The notes under the pieces are model-generated. The model did no database searches and was not told where the DNA came from. It saw only the letters and a program-made list of their open reading frames with translations. Made by a program: the position numbers and the translations under genes. A stretch of DNA of 64,000 bases from IMG/VR virus record IMGVR_UViG_3300030673_000004, positions 124,001 to 188,000 of that record. One strand, given 5' to 3'. This document shows positions 1 through 9,832 of the stretch, piece after piece. The number at the start of each line of letters is the position of its first letter. Position 1 is the first letter of the stretch.

Positions 1-2
1 TT

Positions 3-341
3 GTTGCTGCTACGACTGCAAGCGTTACCTTCACCTATGTCTACAATCTGACTGCTGTTGAAGCTGACATTCTGTTTAAGAATGCTCCTATTGGCTCCAA
101 TGCTTCCTCTGTCTGGGGAACTGCTACAGTTGCTGTTGGCTTCGGTGAGATCAGCACAGATCAGTATGATACCACTAAGGATTACACCGTTGCCGGTACT
201 TTGCGTGTTGGCGCTGCTGGTGTAATCACTCTGGATACCGCTGGTACTGGAACAGCCACTGCAATTCCTGGTGGTCGCGTTATCAAGGCCCCGACCTCTG
301 ATGATCCGCTGCTCACTATCGGTTTCAACTTCGCTGGCTGA
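3..341 (+). CDS. Partial (5' truncated) putative head decoration/cement protein
   Basis: Open frame from the window start (VAATTASVTFTYVYN...PTSDDPLLTIGFNFAG*), ending TGA at 339-341. Gly/Thr/Ala/Val-rich, with the same codon style as the capsid gene just downstream. Not in the ORF track because the start lies outside the window. Confidence 0.55.
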   Translation, partial: VAATTASVTFTYVYNLTAVEADILFKNAPIGSNASSVWGTATVAVGFGEISTDQYDTTKDYTVAGTLRVGAAGVITLDTAGTGTATAIPGGRVIKAPTSDDPLLTIGFNFAG

Positions 342-380
342 TAATAACCTGAGCAAAAATTCACCAAGGAGAATATTACA

Positions 381-1496
381 ATGAAAAAGACATGGATTGC
401 TACTAAGAATCAGGCCCCTGTATCGGGCAATGCGGCGTTTTCGCCTGAAAGTATTGCTCGCGCTGTTGGCGCTGAGGGTACTTGGTCGGCGGAAGCTGCT
501 GTCGCTAATGATGGCGAGTTGAATGCTGGCAGCAAGCAGGAGCTTATGCGCCTTGCTGGCTTGCTTGCACAGGCAGCCGGTGCCGGTGTGGCTCAGGCTC
601 ACGTAGAAGAAGATACTTCTGCCGACGAAGCAAAGCAAGCAATTGCTTCTGCTTTCTCCGATAAGGAAGGCCATCAGTGGCAGGCAGTTGGTGAGTATCT
701 TGGTGACCAGGTCGAACAGACTCTTGGTCGTGTTGGATTTACTCGTCGTCTTCTGCAGTTCAAGCAGTTGGCTAAGGGTGAAGTGCCCCGTGTTCGCTTC
801 CGTGAGCGTGACTCTGATGTGTACTTCTTGACCGATGACCCAACTGTTGTGGCTTCACAGCCTCGTCAGCAGTTTGAGTTCCCGCCCATTTTCAAGTTGG
901 CCTTCCGCGCTAACATTGATGTGCAAGAAATTGCTCTTGATCCGGGTGACATCCTGGAAGATCGTTACAATGACGGTCTTGAGCAGTTGATGGTTGGTGA
1001 AGACCGTGCATTCAAGCGCTTGGCTGATACCGTTGCTCCTATGTACAACCCTTACGTGTTCTTCCCCTCATTGACTCCTGCAGTCTTCATGGGAATGAAG
1101 AACGAAGTTGAGAAGTGGGGTGGACTTCCTGTGACCAATACTCTTCTGAGCATTGATCTGTGGAATGATATCACAACTGATCAGGAGTTTGTATCATGGT
1201 GGTCCGAGATCTCGAAGCACGAGATCAACTTGGAAGGTAACTTGGGTCGTATCGGTGGTGTTGAGATCATCACTGATGGCTGGCGCAACAAGCGTTTCCA
1301 GGTGTTGAACAGCGGCGAAATCTATATGCTTTCGCACCCGAAGACCCTTGGTATGATCCTTCAGTTGGATCAGTTGGATGTTCAGTCCACCAATGGCTTC
1401 AACCTGGGACAGACATGGAAGGGCTGGCTGATGACTCAGATGGAGTCTATCGTCCTCCCCAACCCGTATGGTATCATTCGCGGTCAGCGCACCTGA
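381..1496 (+). CDS. Major capsid protein (HK97-like fold, inferred)
   Basis: 371 aa, AAGGAG SD, strongly biased codons, followed by a strong terminator. Motifs GRVGFTRRLL..L..GEVPRV, ILEDRYNDGLEQLMVGEDR and GNLGRIGGVEIITD resemble large-phage capsid proteins. Confidence 0.8.
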   Translation: MKKTWIATKNQAPVSGNAAFSPESIARAVGAEGTWSAEAAVANDGELNAGSKQELMRLAGLLAQAAGAGVAQAHVEEDTSADEAKQAIASAFSDKEGHQWQAVGEYLGDQVEQTLGRVGFTRRLLQFKQLAKGEVPRVRFRERDSDVYFLTDDPTVVASQPRQQFEFPPIFKLAFRANIDVQEIALDPGDILEDRYNDGLEQLMVGEDRAFKRLADTVAPMYNPYVFFPSLTPAVFMGMKNEVEKWGGLPVTNTLLSIDLWNDITTDQEFVSWWSEISKHEINLEGNLGRIGGVEIITDGWRNKRFQVLNSGEIYMLSHPKTLGMILQLDQLDVQSTNGFNLGQTWKGWLMTQMESIVLPNPYGIIRGQRT

Positions 1497-1520
1497 TATT
1501 AAGTTTGATATTTTTTACAA

Positions 1521-1551
1521 GGGGCATTTGGGAAACCAAATGTCCTTTTTT
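1521..1551 (+). terminator. Rho-independent terminator after the capsid gene
   Basis: GGGGCATTTGG-GAAA-CCAAATGTCC hairpin followed by a T run. Confidence 0.85.
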
Positions 1552-1590
1552 GTTTTCACTTCTATTGGAAAACATATGTGAGGATTTGCC

Positions 1591-1890
1591 ATGGTTACAG
1601 AACGTGATATTTGTGTTCTTACAACGTATCTTAAAGATGCCGGTTGTTCTGACGTAGCTTTAGCTATGGAAATGGCTTTGTTCTCAGAAGAGTCTGCTGA
1701 TCTTGGTGAGGGTGTTACTGAGGCTGCTGCCGATACATCTGACGTGTCTTTAGGTTCTTTATCTTTAAGAATACCCCAGATATCTAGTGAGACAAAAGAT
1801 AGTTATCGTGTTATTGCGTCATCTCTGTTAAAAAACAGTAGTGTTGATGTACAGAAGCGTGCTCGTACTCTCTTGAAGGTTCTTGGTTAA
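1591..1890 (+). CDS. Hypothetical protein
   Basis: 99-aa ATG ORF filling the gap between the terminator and the next gene. Confidence 0.6.
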   Translation: MVTERDICVLTTYLKDAGCSDVALAMEMALFSEESADLGEGVTEAAADTSDVSLGSLSLRIPQISSETKDSYRVIASSLLKNSSVDVQKRARTLLKVLG

Positions 1891-1891
1891 T

Positions 1892-2422
1892 ATGGCAGGT
1901 CGTGGCTTTAGTGGATCTGTTCCTGTAGGTACTCCTGTATTTGTAAATGTTACAGGTACTAAAACTACATCTTTACTTGATTCTTATGGTAAACGAAATG
2001 CGGCTGAAAGTATTGATATTGTTGATAGTTCTGGGATAAGTCGTACTATAATAGGGCCTTATCAGATACCATCCGATGCAACGAAATCTTGGTATCTAGA
2101 TGTTTGGGATGGTGAAGCTAAAGTTTATCGTACTCTGTTAATACCCTCCAGTACTATATTTGACGTAACTGATTGGTCACCATCTTCTCAAACAACACAA
2201 CTTAATGTTATAACAAATGAGCCACCTGCTGGTGTTATCAATGGCACTAATAGGGCTTTTAGCCTAGCAAATTCACCTATAGCAAATTCTGTTGTTGTGT
2301 CTATCAATGGTATGCAGCTACAGCCAGGGCAGGCTAATGATTATACGTTAGTGTCAAAGACTATAATATTTGCAGTTGCTCCGACACCTGGTGACATCAT
2401 TCTTGTTGATTATTGTAGGTAA
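1892..2422 (+). CDS. Putative virion protein with a C-terminal beta-rich domain
   Basis: ATG at 1892 preferred over the upstream TTG. C-terminal EPPAGVINGTNRAFSLANSP...VSINGMQL...DYTL...IIFAVAP..GDIILVDY is a module typical of large-phage tail/structural proteins. Confidence 0.55.
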   Translation: MAGRGFSGSVPVGTPVFVNVTGTKTTSLLDSYGKRNAAESIDIVDSSGISRTIIGPYQIPSDATKSWYLDVWDGEAKVYRTLLIPSSTIFDVTDWSPSSQTTQLNVITNEPPAGVINGTNRAFSLANSPIANSVVVSINGMQLQPGQANDYTLVSKTIIFAVAPTPGDIILVDYCR

Positions 2423-2495
2423 TTGTTGATAACATGTTACTAAAATGTGCATACATGCGTAAATATAGGTATGTACACTTTCTAGGGAGTTAGTT

Positions 2496-3143
2496 ATGCC
2501 TGCTAAATACTATTTGCTGAAGCGTCCGGAGCCTCGTTTTGATGGTCGGATGACTACTGTTATTGATAAAGAAACACGTAGGGTGGTAGATACTATTCCT
2601 GATCTTACTCAGGGTGTGTACCGATCTGCTTGGGCTACCTATGAGTTAGCGCTTCAGTCTGTAACTCGTGGCGCTGATATCTTGACCGTTTTGCAGTTGC
2701 GTAAGAAGCTGCAAGATGCCGCTGATCCAGAAGATGCTAATTATGATTCTAAGTTTTTAGTTGTTACAGATGCTGAACATAAACTGATCATTGATGCTGT
2801 TCGCAACTTTGATTGGACATTTTCATCAGATAAGGGTAGTTTAGGAAGTTCGTTCTTTGTTACTTGGACTGAATTGTTTGAAACTGTTCTTGATCCGGAC
2901 AGTGCAAATTATGGCTTTTCTGATTATGATATTTCTCGTCCGTCAGATGCCTATGTCGCAGATGCATCTGCTTTTGATGCTAGGAAGTCCTTAGTTGCTG
3001 AAAGGTTCCGTCAGGCTAAAGAGCGATATGCTGCATCTAAGACTAATCAAGATGCTCCCTTTGCTGATGCTGTAGAACCCACGGAACCTGCACTTCTAGA
3101 TGTGTCAGGTTCCATTGGGGATGGAGAACTTGCTGCTGTGTGA
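2496..3143 (+). CDS. Hypothetical protein
   Basis: 215 aa, GGAG SD, no recognisable motif. Confidence 0.65.
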   Translation: MPAKYYLLKRPEPRFDGRMTTVIDKETRRVVDTIPDLTQGVYRSAWATYELALQSVTRGADILTVLQLRKKLQDAADPEDANYDSKFLVVTDAEHKLIIDAVRNFDWTFSSDKGSLGSSFFVTWTELFETVLDPDSANYGFSDYDISRPSDAYVADASAFDARKSLVAERFRQAKERYAASKTNQDAPFADAVEPTEPALLDVSGSIGDGELAAV

Positions 3144-3622
3144 TTTATGTAGGGCCGAAAGGCCCTTTTATTTTGGAGTTTTATATGCATGATTTTGATA
3201 GCTTAACTGATGTTCTTAATAATTTAATAGATATGTCATCAGATATGATGTCTACGCCTGTTGCTTCCTCCGAGGACTCAGGTGAGTCTGTTGATAGCAT
3301 TGCTTTTATTTTATCTGCTTTAGTTGACGATATGCTTGTTCGGAGTGCCTATGATGAGTTGGATTGGGTTTTAACTTCTTTACGTGATACCAATTTAGAG
3401 AGTACATCGTGTTTAGTCTTGTCTGCTTTACTCTTAACTTGTGACTACTCATCAGTTAAGCGTGATATTTTGAGTGATTGGTATCTTAAGTGGATTAGTC
3501 AAAATAGGAGTGAGATGGCTGCGTTTTATTTAGCGCAATTGCTTGCTCCCAAGGAACCCGAAAATGAACATCATACAGCATCTTCTTCCGGACAATCAGC
3601 ATCTTCCCACAAAGACAACTAA
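3140..3622 (+). CDS. Hypothetical acidic helical protein
   Basis: 160 aa, GTGA overlap with the upstream stop. Confidence 0.55.
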   Translation: MIYVGPKGPFILEFYMHDFDSLTDVLNNLIDMSSDMMSTPVASSEDSGESVDSIAFILSALVDDMLVRSAYDELDWVLTSLRDTNLESTSCLVLSALLLTCDYSSVKRDILSDWYLKWISQNRSEMAAFYLAQLLAPKEPENEHHTASSSGQSASSHKDN

Positions 3623-4226
3623 GCATCAAGTTGTTATTCATCATACTGCGGGTAACAGCGACCCTATTCAGGTTATTGACGGCTGGTCTGCCGATACAGC
3701 TCGCATAGCGACTCCTTACATAATTGGTGGTAAATCTTCAGCGGGTGACACTAAATATGAGGGTGCTATAGTAAAGGCATTTGATCCTGAGTGGGATGCC
3801 TATCATTTAGGTCAAGTTCCTGGTGATCCTAAGAATATCACGAGAACCTCCTTTGGCATTGAAATCTGTAACTGGGGGTATTTGACTGTAAAAAATGGCC
3901 AGTATTACAATTATGTAAATAAGGTTGTTCCTTTAGCTCAGGTTATTGATCTTGGGTTCAAGTTTCGTGGTTATCAGTTCTGGCATGCTTACACTGATGC
4001 TCAGGTTGCAGCTCTACATGATCTTCTAATTGCACTGATTAAGAATAGGTTTCATTGGACGTACCAAGCTAAGACATGGGATGCAAAATCGTTTGATTTT
4101 AATCCAGCAGCTTTTGCTGATGATAGCATTGGTACACATGCTAATTATAGGACAGACAAGTGGGACTGTAGTCCACAACCAAAATTGATAGAAATGCTTA
4201 ATGGGTTAAACTCGGAGTTAGTCTAA
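3564..4226 (+). CDS. N-acetylmuramoyl-L-alanine amidase (Amidase_2-type endolysin or virion lysin)
   Basis: VIHHTAG zinc motif, AYHLG, SFGIEICNWG, YTDAQ and GTHANYRTDKWDCSPQP. ATG at 3564 after AAGGA. Confidence 0.85.
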   Translation: MNIIQHLLPDNQHLPTKTTKHQVVIHHTAGNSDPIQVIDGWSADTARIATPYIIGGKSSAGDTKYEGAIVKAFDPEWDAYHLGQVPGDPKNITRTSFGIEICNWGYLTVKNGQYYNYVNKVVPLAQVIDLGFKFRGYQFWHAYTDAQVAALHDLLIALIKNRFHWTYQAKTWDAKSFDFNPAAFADDSIGTHANYRTDKWDCSPQPKLIEMLNGLNSELV

Positions 4227-6946
4227 TGTCTAGTGAAGTTGTAGCTGCTACCCCAAAGTTAGATCGTTTCTCTTTGTGGAAGTCTGATTCTGACTTGGCT
4301 GGTATACCTTTTGGCTTTGAGTTTGAGTTTGCTTCACGTTTGGGCCGTGAAGATTTTGCGTCTGAGCTTAGTGACTCCTTAAATATATCTACTGATCATA
4401 TTGCTACATACGATGGGTACCACAGCAGTGATGAGGACGATAAGGACTATACTCTCTGGAATGTTGAAGGTGACTCTTCTATACATACTAGAGGAAACGA
4501 GACAGATATTGAGTTGGTGACACCTCCTCGTAACATTGCGTATTGGTCTTCACATTTGGAGACTGTCCTAGATTTGATTAAGGAACATGGGCGTACTGTA
4601 AAAGGTACAGGTGCTCATATTACTTTTTCTTATAGAGATTTGGATAATATTGACCCTATAAAGTTTGCTCTTCTTATTAATGACATTAGCATAGCAGATA
4701 CGTTTGGTAGGGCTCTGCATCATTATGCTGCTTTGTATCTAGCCAATGTGCGTAAGTATGTTTTTGACCACTATGAAATATCTGGTAAGAATATACCAGA
4801 CATACTTGAAGATATCTGCTCTGAAAAGCCTTCTGAGATATACGAGACAGAAAAATTTACATCTATTAACTTATCTAAGTTAGATAATGATCCACCCTTG
4901 ATTGAAGTTCGCAGTCCCGGTGGCTATGACTATGAGAATAAAGGATCTGATTTTTTACGTGTGTGTCGTATAATAGCTAGTGCTTTGATAGTAGCGTGTG
5001 ACAATGCTGCTTACCCTGACGTTTATGCTCACAAATTTGGTAAGTTGCTCGCTGTCGGTCAGTTTGATACGCCATTAGTTTCTAATGGTGTTCCAGATCA
5101 ATTAGGTTCCCGTTCACAGTTATGGCAGTATCAGTGGTCTGTGTCACTAGGTAATACTTCTTACACTATGCGCGCTCGGTTGGGTTTTTCTTCAGCTATT
5201 GACTATGTAATTAGTGCTGATATGGCTTTGTGTGTTTTATATGATCCGGATGAACCTACAATACGCTTAGATTGTGATCATGCTGATATAAATCAAGCAT
5301 CTCGTAACATGAAAACGCTGTTTCCTATTGCTAAATTAATTCAGTTGATCAGGCTAACACCTGTTGGTAGCTATCTCCCTGGTGTACCTGCGGATATAAT
5401 AGATAAGTGCAACCAAAGTGCTGCTACACTTGGTGATGAAAATACTAAGATATCTGATTATTTTGGTAAGAAGCCTTCTGCTAAGGTACATACATCTAAT
5501 AACATAAGTATGTTACTTAGTATTTTTGTTAAGCCAACAGCTACATCTATGATTAAAGCTGCTCGCTTGGCTGCTCTTCGGACTGCTGCTACATATCAAA
5601 TTGAGTACCTAAATAAGTTTGTTGGTGCTCTTGCTGATAATGCTTCATCCTATATTGAAAATCATTTCAAAGATGCTCAACAGTTGTATGAAGCATCTCC
5701 CGAGATACTAGGGAACTTAGCTAAGTACGCCGGTAAGCAGGATGACCCATCAGCGTTGCACAATATATTTCGTGCTGTTGGTTCAGATTTGATTAAACTA
5801 CCGTCTAGCATGTATACAGAACTTGCAAGGGATTTTGTTGCGTCTGTGCCCTTAGAGTCTGATAAAGTGTTAGATATTCTAAGTGGTGCTGTGTCCTCGA
5901 TAGGTTCGTCCAATTTACCTGCTCCTATTAAGTTATCCATGTCTGCTCAGTTGCAGACACGGGTAGACGAGTATATAGAACAAGCACCCGAGCCGGAGTT
6001 GCTTAGAGGTCTGTATTTAAGCATAGCAAATGCAAGCAAAGATAGGACAGAACTTCAGAAATTGTGCATCCTTTGTTGTCAAAAGCCGAAACTTAAAGCA
6101 CTCCTGCTTGGTCAAGTTTTAGGTAATTTTGATTATTTCATCCATGCTTTATCTTCTAAACCCGTAGATCTTTGTAACCTTATTTGGGTAGTTGATGACT
6201 TAGACATACCAGATACTGAAAAGTTGCTACTCTGGCGTTCTCAACATAATTCAACACCAAGGAATCAGTTACTAAAGCTTGCTGATTCTAGGGATACAGA
6301 ACCTTTAATAAAGTGGGATTTAGCTGCTGGTGTTGATGAGGAGTCTAGAACTCAGACACGTAAGGACCATGCTGTTATTTTGTTTGCTGCTATGCTCAAG
6401 AGTGGCTCTGTTGCTCTAAGTGCTTATGACGGCATTATGACTATGTATGCATCACTTCCCGAGAATTTACGTATGGGTTGTACTCGGTATGTATTCTCGC
6501 AGTTAACTGGCTTTTTATCTTCTCCCCGTACAAAGTTGTGGTTGGTTTTAAGTGGTTATTTGCTAAGTATGGTTGATGGTCTAGCCACCTGCACCGAATC
6601 AGACACAGCCTTAGTTCGTCGGGCACATACGTTGCCTAAGTTTACAGAAGATGTTGACTTATACCTCGGTGAGGGTTCGCAGTTCTGGCGGAAAGATCGC
6701 CCACAACACTGTGGTAAACTGCACTCTATTTTACAACAGTCCTTGTTTATTGATGATACTCCTGTGACACTACAGCAGTTAGCTACTAACAATTTTACTC
6801 TTGGTGCTGGTACTCCTGGTGTTGTGTCTTATATGTTTGGTGGAGAGAAGAAGCAGTTAGCTGAGTTTAACATCAGTCTTCTGCAGAACTACGCTCGTGC
6901 TCTGATACGGGTAGAGGCAACTATAAAAGACCGGCCCACTGCGTAG
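4226..6946 (+). CDS. Amidoligase-domain protein, paralog 1 (906 aa)
   Basis: GFEFEF, WNVEGDSSI, IELVTPP, TGAHITFS, KFTSIN and IEVRSPGG in the first ~270 aa. TAATG overlap with the amidase stop. Confidence 0.8.
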   Translation: MSSEVVAATPKLDRFSLWKSDSDLAGIPFGFEFEFASRLGREDFASELSDSLNISTDHIATYDGYHSSDEDDKDYTLWNVEGDSSIHTRGNETDIELVTPPRNIAYWSSHLETVLDLIKEHGRTVKGTGAHITFSYRDLDNIDPIKFALLINDISIADTFGRALHHYAALYLANVRKYVFDHYEISGKNIPDILEDICSEKPSEIYETEKFTSINLSKLDNDPPLIEVRSPGGYDYENKGSDFLRVCRIIASALIVACDNAAYPDVYAHKFGKLLAVGQFDTPLVSNGVPDQLGSRSQLWQYQWSVSLGNTSYTMRARLGFSSAIDYVISADMALCVLYDPDEPTIRLDCDHADINQASRNMKTLFPIAKLIQLIRLTPVGSYLPGVPADIIDKCNQSAATLGDENTKISDYFGKKPSAKVHTSNNISMLLSIFVKPTATSMIKAARLAALRTAATYQIEYLNKFVGALADNASSYIENHFKDAQQLYEASPEILGNLAKYAGKQDDPSALHNIFRAVGSDLIKLPSSMYTELARDFVASVPLESDKVLDILSGAVSSIGSSNLPAPIKLSMSAQLQTRVDEYIEQAPEPELLRGLYLSIANASKDRTELQKLCILCCQKPKLKALLLGQVLGNFDYFIHALSSKPVDLCNLIWVVDDLDIPDTEKLLLWRSQHNSTPRNQLLKLADSRDTEPLIKWDLAAGVDEESRTQTRKDHAVILFAAMLKSGSVALSAYDGIMTMYASLPENLRMGCTRYVFSQLTGFLSSPRTKLWLVLSGYLLSMVDGLATCTESDTALVRRAHTLPKFTEDVDLYLGEGSQFWRKDRPQHCGKLHSILQQSLFIDDTPVTLQQLATNNFTLGAGTPGVVSYMFGGEKKQLAEFNISLLQNYARALIRVEATIKDRPTA

Positions 6947-6953
6947 TTTGTAG

Positions 6954-6982
6954 TTGACAGATTTGACAGGCATACTTATATT
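6954..6982 (+). promoter_or_regulatory. sigma70-type promoter (leaderless start at 6989)
   Basis: TTGACA-17 nt-TATATT; ATG 7 nt after the -10 hexamer. Confidence 0.7.
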
Positions 6983-6988
6983 AAAGGT

Positions 6989-9739
6989 ATGCCACGTCTT
7001 ACTGTTCGGGATAGTGTCGGTGTTTCTCTACAGAGTGTTACTTTCACTAAAAGCATGGTAGAGGATTTACTGCGTTGTGGTGATCATGAATCCGTTGCAT
7101 CGTACATAGGTAAGACTATAGCTGCTCATTATAGGGAGCAGTTATTTTTGCCTGAGTTCTGTCATTGTGTGGATGATCCTGTGGTGGTGCCTGATGACTT
7201 CCTCATGGGCTATGAGTTTGAGTTTATTTCTGCCGTATCACGTGAGTTTGCCGCTGAAATTTTTACGCATGTCTTGTCTAGTGTGTATAACCCGTGCTGT
7301 GATGCCGCCCGTTTCCATGTCACAGCTTGCTCTGGCTACCATGCAGTAGAACGTTCTAAGGGGATTTGGATCTTTGAGCATGATGGTTCGGTTAAGCCTA
7401 CAGACGCATACCCATCGGTCATTGAGCTTATAACACCCCCTATGAAGGCAGACGCTTGTTTTGCTTTTTTACCGTTAATCTTTAGCTTTATTTCTGCTAT
7501 CGGTCAGACCAATGCTTCTTGCGGTCTCCACTTTACTGTTGGTAGCCCAAAATTACGTTCTTGCTTGGACGGGTTAGAGTTTTTTACTCGGTTTTCTTCA
7601 AGTAACGTTCTATCTGAGTTTAATCGTGAGGATAATCACTACTGTGCTCCTGTGACTATTAATCGGGACTGGTTCAAGCGAGCATCGCTGGAGAAACATG
7701 CCGTATCTCGTGACCTTGATATAAGTATGGTTGAGGATCGGGAGAAGTACCGTTCTATCAATTTTTCTAAATTAGGTAGGGGCCTTATTGAGCTACGTGC
7801 CATGGGTGGAGCTCAGTATGAGTCAAAACTGAAATCAGTTCTATCTGTAAGTAAGCATTTTTTAGATACTGCCTGTCGTGCTACGTGTTTTAGTTATAAA
7901 GACAAGTCGCACAATTACCGATATTTGGCTCGTGAGCTTGGAATTCCTCATGTAGATGGCGCTGGGATTTCCGCTCAGAAGCCTCCAGATTTGCTGTCGC
8001 AAGCAGTTCCTATTATCAGAGAACTAGGTCTTCAGCTTTTTGCTGGATGTGCTCAGCGTGATCCGGACGTAGCTTTTTTTGCTGGTACTCGGGATACAAA
8101 GACTGATAAGCCTTGGTTACATATTCTTACAGTTTTCCAGTACTTTGCAGCGCAGTTTTCGTTCAAGGGCTATATTGTAAATCTACGAGCTTACATTAAT
8201 CCTTTTGGAACTCTTGTTTTTGCTGTATCTAGGGCTCTTCCTGATAGCGGTAAGTTTCAGCAAAGATCCTTGTTGTGTAGAACTATTAGCTATCTAGCAG
8301 AGCATCTACCTAGGATGCTTGGTTTTGCTTGTTTTGTGTCTTGGGATTCCAGTGATGCGGTTTCTTTTGTTTCTAAGCTACGTCAAACGAGTAGCATCTT
8401 TGTTAATTTGCGCAAAAGTCTAGCTTTGCGAGATCCAAATCACATAGCTATAAGTCCACGAACTCCTTTTGTAGGCTACCCGCAATCTACTGTAAGACTG
8501 CAAGAGCTTTTTGGAACGTCAATTGAACCGTTAACTGCGTTGCATAATAATGTTCCCTACGTGCAGAGTTCTGAGTTCCTGTTTCAGTATTTAGTTCATT
8601 TGCGTTCTGCTTATCTGTTACACATGGAAAATCCTACAACGAATGAGTTTGGGTCTACTTTTGTTAAATGCTTAGCTGCGGCTGTGCAGGACGGTGTTCC
8701 AGATATTAAACTTTTGCAAGAGGTTTATTTGCTTTCTTCGTATACTAGCGGACGGAGGCATAGTTTATATTATCATAAATATACCTCTGACTCAAGTATA
8801 AGAAGTAGTAAAGTAAATGCTCTGTTGCTTTTATCTCTAGCTCGTCAGTACGCTTTTCGGGTACGACCCTTTGTGTCTGAATTAAGTGGCACGGAATTGT
8901 CGGGTATCATTAGGGAACTCGTATCGTTGTGGGAGATTCAGGCTGCTGTTGCTGTAGAAGCACAGTGTGCTACGTCTGTATCCTGTGATATTTTAATTGT
9001 TATTAGGCTATGTATAGAAATGCACCCATCAGCTATCAGTTTTATTATTGATGCCTTAACAGATATTGCTAGTTGTCCGTCGCCGGTTGCTTCTGATAGT
9101 AGTAAGAGGGACTATCTTGTATGTTTGGTTGAGTCGTTACTGTCTAACATGTCTGTACCACTAGCTACTCGTAGATTCTTTTTTGAAGCTATCTTTTGTG
9201 GTAGCCGTTCTGTAGTAGAACATAATACTTACTCACTAAGCTCTCCTTGTATTCCTAACGTGAAAGCCCTGCTAGTTGATATTATGCAGGATTATTTGTG
9301 TACCGGAAATCTTCGTTTGCTTCGTATTCTCGTTTATGCTGGTCGTGGCTTTTGTAATACTGCTGATACTAAAACGGGAAAGTGTATTGTCACATCTGCT
9401 CTTTGGACAGCATTGGGTCCTGTTAGTTGCGGTTTCTCTTCATTGCATGATTTAATTCGTATCACACATGAGATTAGTGATACTTGCAGTAGTGATACGT
9501 ACACAGGTATTAAGAATGCTCTTGTGCGTGCTTGGGGTAGAATTAAATCGTTGTGTAAGTACCCAACAGGTACCAAATTTTGCAGTTCCGTTGACGTGTG
9601 TGCTCGATACCTTCGTTATTCTCTTTGGCGTTCTACTTTTAAGGAACTCCTTTATAATAAGCCTGCGTACTTCAAAAGCCGCATGATTGTGGCCTCTCGT
9701 ATTGAGGCTCTTTTTATGCTTCAGGATAAAATAAACTAG
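6989..9739 (+). CDS. Amidoligase-domain protein, paralog 2 (916 aa)
   Basis: GYEFEF, WIFEHDGSV, IELITPP, CGLHFTVG, KYRSIN and IELRAMGG, preceded by a ~70-aa N-terminal extension. Confidence 0.8.
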   Translation: MPRLTVRDSVGVSLQSVTFTKSMVEDLLRCGDHESVASYIGKTIAAHYREQLFLPEFCHCVDDPVVVPDDFLMGYEFEFISAVSREFAAEIFTHVLSSVYNPCCDAARFHVTACSGYHAVERSKGIWIFEHDGSVKPTDAYPSVIELITPPMKADACFAFLPLIFSFISAIGQTNASCGLHFTVGSPKLRSCLDGLEFFTRFSSSNVLSEFNREDNHYCAPVTINRDWFKRASLEKHAVSRDLDISMVEDREKYRSINFSKLGRGLIELRAMGGAQYESKLKSVLSVSKHFLDTACRATCFSYKDKSHNYRYLARELGIPHVDGAGISAQKPPDLLSQAVPIIRELGLQLFAGCAQRDPDVAFFAGTRDTKTDKPWLHILTVFQYFAAQFSFKGYIVNLRAYINPFGTLVFAVSRALPDSGKFQQRSLLCRTISYLAEHLPRMLGFACFVSWDSSDAVSFVSKLRQTSSIFVNLRKSLALRDPNHIAISPRTPFVGYPQSTVRLQELFGTSIEPLTALHNNVPYVQSSEFLFQYLVHLRSAYLLHMENPTTNEFGSTFVKCLAAAVQDGVPDIKLLQEVYLLSSYTSGRRHSLYYHKYTSDSSIRSSKVNALLLLSLARQYAFRVRPFVSELSGTELSGIIRELVSLWEIQAAVAVEAQCATSVSCDILIVIRLCIEMHPSAISFIIDALTDIASCPSPVASDSSKRDYLVCLVESLLSNMSVPLATRRFFFEAIFCGSRSVVEHNTYSLSSPCIPNVKALLVDIMQDYLCTGNLRLLRILVYAGRGFCNTADTKTGKCIVTSALWTALGPVSCGFSSLHDLIRITHEISDTCSSDTYTGIKNALVRAWGRIKSLCKYPTGTKFCSSVDVCARYLRYSLWRSTFKELLYNKPAYFKSRMIVASRIEALFMLQDKIN

Positions 9740-9832
9740 AGACTTCTTCCAGTTCTCTGCGGTAAATGGTAAGGATACTGCTGGTGACAGCAACTGCATT
9801 TACTACAGAGATCTTGTTAGGAGTATCTAGAA

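Noticed and set aside
182-367. Minus-strand 61-aa ORF in the track
   Set aside because: Antisense shadow of the + strand decoration-like gene at 3..341.
1415-1657. 80-aa + strand ORF
   Set aside because: Overlaps the capsid 3' end and runs through the terminator; no SD.
6963-6968. Second TTGACA as a separate promoter
   Set aside because: No -10-like hexamer 16-18 nt downstream; it sits in the spacer of the 6954 promoter.
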